A stretch of DNA of 46,311 nt from a virus. Its lineage: Duplodnaviria > Caudoviricetes. Below are positions 43,905 to 46,311 of the stretch, in pieces. Within the stretch, counting starts at the first letter, position 1; every line of letters begins with the position of its first letter. The notes beneath the pieces were generated by a model. The model had not been told where the DNA came from. It ran no database searches and saw only the letters and a program-made list of their open reading frames with translations. The position numbers and the translations under genes were made by a program. The DNA is taken from positions 1 through 46,311 of IMG/VR virus record IMGVR_UViG_3300028145_000044; one strand, written 5' to 3'.

Positions 43905-44268
43905 ACTTGTCATCGCGTTCTACGATCTCGTCGCCTTTTCAGGGGTGCTGCTTCTGATGTACGTCATCCGGCAGGCGCAGAACGATCTTCATCTCAACCG
44001 GACGGATCGGCCTCGAGTGATGCACTGGCGCAAGGTCACGTTCTTCGCAGATGCGATCTACGTTCTGCTCACGATCTTCTTTCAGGACTACTGGTTGCGC
44101 AATCCCTCGGTGATTATGACTGGTTTGGTCGTAACTGGGATCGTTGCCGGCGGCATGTCGATCCTGGCGGTGAGCGTGGTTTCAATGCGCGAGCGCGCGC
44201 CGCCGAGCACTGGTCATGGTTTCCGGGTCAACACAGGCAGCATCTGGCGCTCGAGGTTCGGCAGATGA
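43897..44268 (+). CDS. Three-TM membrane protein
   Basis: AGGA RBS; three hydrophobic segments. Confidence 0.65.
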   Translation: MSELVIAFYDLVAFSGVLLLMYVIRQAQNDLHLNRTDRPRVMHWRKVTFFADAIYVLLTIFFQDYWLRNPSVIMTGLVVTGIVAGGMSILAVSVVSMRERAPPSTGHGFRVNTGSIWRSRFGR

Positions 44269-44420
44269 TGGTGGATCTAGTCCGCCGGCTTGGAATCACG
44301 ATCGTTATCTCGCTTCTCCCGCTCTATGGGCTGTGGGTTGCCGGCGGTGCGATCTGCGACGCGAGAGAGCGGAGGCGGTGGGCGGGAATGACTAAGGCGC
44401 GACATCCCATTACGAGTTAA
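44265..44420 (+). CDS. 51-aa single-TM peptide (not in ORF track)
   Basis: GAGG RBS, ATGA overlap; MMVDLVRRLGITIVISLLPLYGLWVAGG... Confidence 0.5.
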   Translation: MMVDLVRRLGITIVISLLPLYGLWVAGGAICDARERRRWAGMTKARHPITS

Positions 44421-44482
44421 CCTTTTTACCTTGCCGGACCCATGCCATCTGGTTGCCCGGCGAAGTCGTCCACCGTATTAGC

Positions 44483-44908
44483 TTATGAGGGTAACTTCAG
44501 TGCGGCGATGATCGCCTCGCATTCTGCTGCGTTTGGATGCTTTGGCGGATCGTAGTTTGACAGAAGCCACATCGCTTCGGTGCGTCCTCGGTGCTTGTAC
44601 CAACTCACCCACAGGGCCAGCCAGATCCCCTCAGAGGGAATGTCGATCTCGTCAATCTTAATGGTCGAGTAGTTCTGGTCATCGCAATAACGATAGTCAG
44701 CGGCATTGTGTGGCTCGTCCTGCCCGCATAGATCGCGGATCGCATTTGCGGTGGCGCAGTTCCATCCATCGGAATCAAACAGGCCGCCGCCTGGGAAAGA
44801 GCACTTCGGATCACCGCCGTCCCAAGTCTTGCCTCGCGCCTTGCACATGGCACATGGCTCTCCCTTTGGGAGCTTCCGCAGATCGTCTGCCGTGATTTCG
44901 TGCTCCAT
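44483..44908 (-). CDS. Cys-containing hypothetical protein
   Basis: AGGAGG RBS; CAMC..RGKTW.G.DPKC, WNCAT, WYK.RG. Confidence 0.75.
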   Translation of the reverse strand: MEHEITADDLRKLPKGEPCAMCKARGKTWDGGDPKCSFPGGGLFDSDGWNCATANAIRDLCGQDEPHNAADYRYCDDQNYSTIKIDEIDIPSEGIWLALWVSWYKHRGRTEAMWLLSNYDPPKHPNAAECEAIIAALKLPS

Positions 44909-44933
44909 TCATCCCTCCTGCCTTATCTCACCG

Positions 44934-45263
44934 TTAAGACATACCGTAGGCGAACGGACAGTCAGAACGCCAATGCACGACCGGCCCGCAATTGCAGCGG
45001 AGCGGTTCTATCACGTTGCCGACGCCATCGAGTTCAACCGTCTCAAATCCATTGCCGCGCGCTCTGATCGCAGTCTGCCGCTGCTTCTTTGGCGGGCCAC
45101 CCATCATGGCCTCGGCCAGCGCCCGCTCAAAGACTTGCTTGACCTTTTCGATCTCTACCGGATCGGTCTCGGCCAGAAGCTCCTCATCGCTGATCGTCAT
45201 GATGTCTTCGATCATGAAGTCGACCAGATTCTGCAATCCATCTTTGCCTTTGGTCATCGTCAA
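44934..45263 (-). CDS. Hypothetical protein
   Basis: Packing; acidic N-terminus, CNC...H...C tail. Confidence 0.65.
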   Translation of the reverse strand: MTMTKGKDGLQNLVDFMIEDIMTISDEELLAETDPVEIEKVKQVFERALAEAMMGGPPKKQRQTAIRARGNGFETVELDGVGNVIEPLRCNCGPVVHWRSDCPFAYGMS

Positions 45264-45460
45264 CGAAACCCTTCCATGCGAGCCTCGTAGGCCGCATCTG
45301 GTTCATTTTCAGGAGGGTTGCGGCAGGAAGATCCCTCCGCGTGGCCCATACTAATCCACCCTCCACAATGTGAACATCGATCTCGTGAGCTGCCAGGTTC
45401 GACATCTTGTCGGTTCAGCAGTTCATTGAATCCATCGCGCCAGTCTTTAACTTTGCCCAT
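45260..45460 (-). CDS. Small Zn-finger-like protein
   Basis: CSHC.....H....C. Confidence 0.6.
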   Translation of the reverse strand: MGKVKDWRDGFNELLNRQDVEPGSSRDRCSHCGGWISMGHAEGSSCRNPPENEPDAAYEARMEGFR

Positions 45461-45481
45461 TTGGTTTGCTCTGTTGTGATG

Positions 45482-45709
45482 TTAAGGTGACGGGATACGC
45501 GCCCAATGTGTGAACGTTTCAATGTGGTAGCTCGGGCCATCCGATGTAGCCAAGCACCATGCTGGATTGGTCGCTACCTCATCCCAGAACACGACTTCGG
45601 GGCAACCTCCAAGCTTTCGGTCATCCCAGACAAGATACCCTTCGCCGTCACGGGGAAAAGTTTTCATCGGTTGCCAGTCAAGCCACGGCTCAGACATCGG
45701 ATGTGTCAT
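45482..45709 (-). CDS. DUF551-like small phage protein
   Basis: WQPMKTFPRDG...THW..IP.P. Confidence 0.7.
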   Translation of the reverse strand: MTHPMSEPWLDWQPMKTFPRDGEGYLVWDDRKLGGCPEVVFWDEVATNPAWCLATSDGPSYHIETFTHWARIPSP

Positions 45710-45903
45710 GTTTTCCCTATCTGCTGAATAGCGGCGCGTGCCTCTTTTACCTTTTCGAACTGATGCGGTGCCGAGCGTTGCCATACTTCATCGTTCCAGA
45801 TGTATGCCTTTGTCTTTCGATCGTAGTGAGGAAATACGGCGCGAGCGTAGTCCTCGATCTCCGTAAGTAGATCGCGCAGCAATTGATCTGAAATCTCGGC
45901 CAT
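45706..45903 (-). CDS. Hypothetical protein
   Basis: AGGT RBS; KARAAI-like C-terminus; ATGA overlap. Confidence 0.65.
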   Translation of the reverse strand: MAEISDQLLRDLLTEIEDYARAVFPHYDRKTKAYIWNDEVWQRSAPHQFEKVKEARAAIQQIGKT

Positions 45904-45916
45904 CGCTAACTACCTA

Positions 45917-46168
45917 TTAATATTCATACCATGCTGGTCCAGGGTCGTAACTGCCAGCCGTGTATGGCGCCAAGAAACCATGGTCTGCAAGATGCTCCAT
46001 GATGATCTTTGTATGCGACCAGTCGATTCCCATTTTGCGCTGGCAATAACTAATGCAACCACGGAGGCTCCCGTGATTCCTCATTCGATGGCGAAGGTGA
46101 AGCTTGCAAACTTCGATTTCGGCGTCGGTGAGATCGACACTAGCCTCGATATCGTCGCGCGGTTTCAT
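45917..46168 (-). CDS. Hypothetical protein with possible C-terminal winged helix
   Basis: GGGA RBS; ISYCQRKMGI.W......MEHL...G resembles FtsK-gamma; the 5' part is repeated at 1-109. Confidence 0.6.
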   Translation of the reverse strand: MKPRDDIEASVDLTDAEIEVCKLHLRHRMRNHGSLRGCISYCQRKMGIDWSHTKIIMEHLADHGFLAPYTAGSYDPGPAWYEY

Positions 46169-46184
46169 CTGCTTTCCCTTTCAC

Positions 46185-46311
46185 GCGCGTTAAGATTAAC
46201 GAAGAATTTCCAGTTTAGAATCAATGCCCGCGTCAGTCATGGTCAGTCACTACGTTTTCGGCTTGTTCCTATGCTCGAGCCGGGCGATTTGGACGGTCGC
46301 GATCTTGTCCT
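46185..46311 (+). repeat. 127-bp direct repeat of 1090-1216
   Basis: Base-by-base identity; the length equals a common assembler k-mer. Confidence 0.95.

Larger units (their letters stand above)
1..46311. mobile_element. Near-complete temperate phage genome (podovirus-type morphogenesis, lambda-like immunity), circularly overlapping ends
   Basis: Integrase, repressor/cro, replication, terminase, portal, capsid, tail tube and lysis modules in order; no host housekeeping genes; ends repeat internal sequence. Confidence 0.95.

Noticed and set aside
46185-46311. Terminal 127-bp repeat as a biological direct terminal repeat
   Set aside because: It matches an internal site (1090-1216), has a common assembler k-mer length, and lies far from the terminase region; best read as graph re-entry
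1-46311. tRNA or rRNA genes, or genome-wide stop-codon reassignment
   Set aside because: No cloverleaf-like sequence noticed in the few gaps; TAG, TAA and TGA all end genes at sensible boundaries under the standard code

Overview
The window is an essentially complete ~45-46 kb temperate phage genome, most likely of an alphaproteobacterial (Rhizobiales-like) host, judged from high GC and a GapR/DUF2312 homologue. It has a lambda-like regulatory arm and a short-tailed (podovirus-type) structural arm. Left arm, minus strand: tyrosine integrase, excisionase-like gene, many small accessory genes, a DEDD exonuclease, a methyltransferase-like gene, a radical SAM gene, RecT/YqaJ and a DnaA C-terminal-domain protein. 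Then comes a cI/cro switch with five 17-bp operators. Plus strand: GapR-like, RusA, a replication initiator with internal iterons, terminase, portal, scaffold, capsid, tail tube A/B, internal virion proteins, a three-gene fibre/esterase block and lysis genes. A final block of small minus-strand genes closes the circle. The ends overlap the start and show two alleles that differ by a 963-bp three/four-gene segment next to the integrase. The most notable observations are: (1) all three proteins in the tail-fibre slot carry apparent Sec signal peptides; (2) seven copies of a late-promoter motif (GTGCGTTG...CANNNT), five of them apparently leaderless, five with the -10 box in the loop of a sequence-variable inverted repeat; (3) three tandem hairpins with the same C/RCAA internal loop in the capsid leader; (4) a TAAC boundary motif before most small accessory genes, which is also where the indel crosses over; (5) a probable AUC start codon. 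All calls come from reading the sequence by eye; no searches were run.
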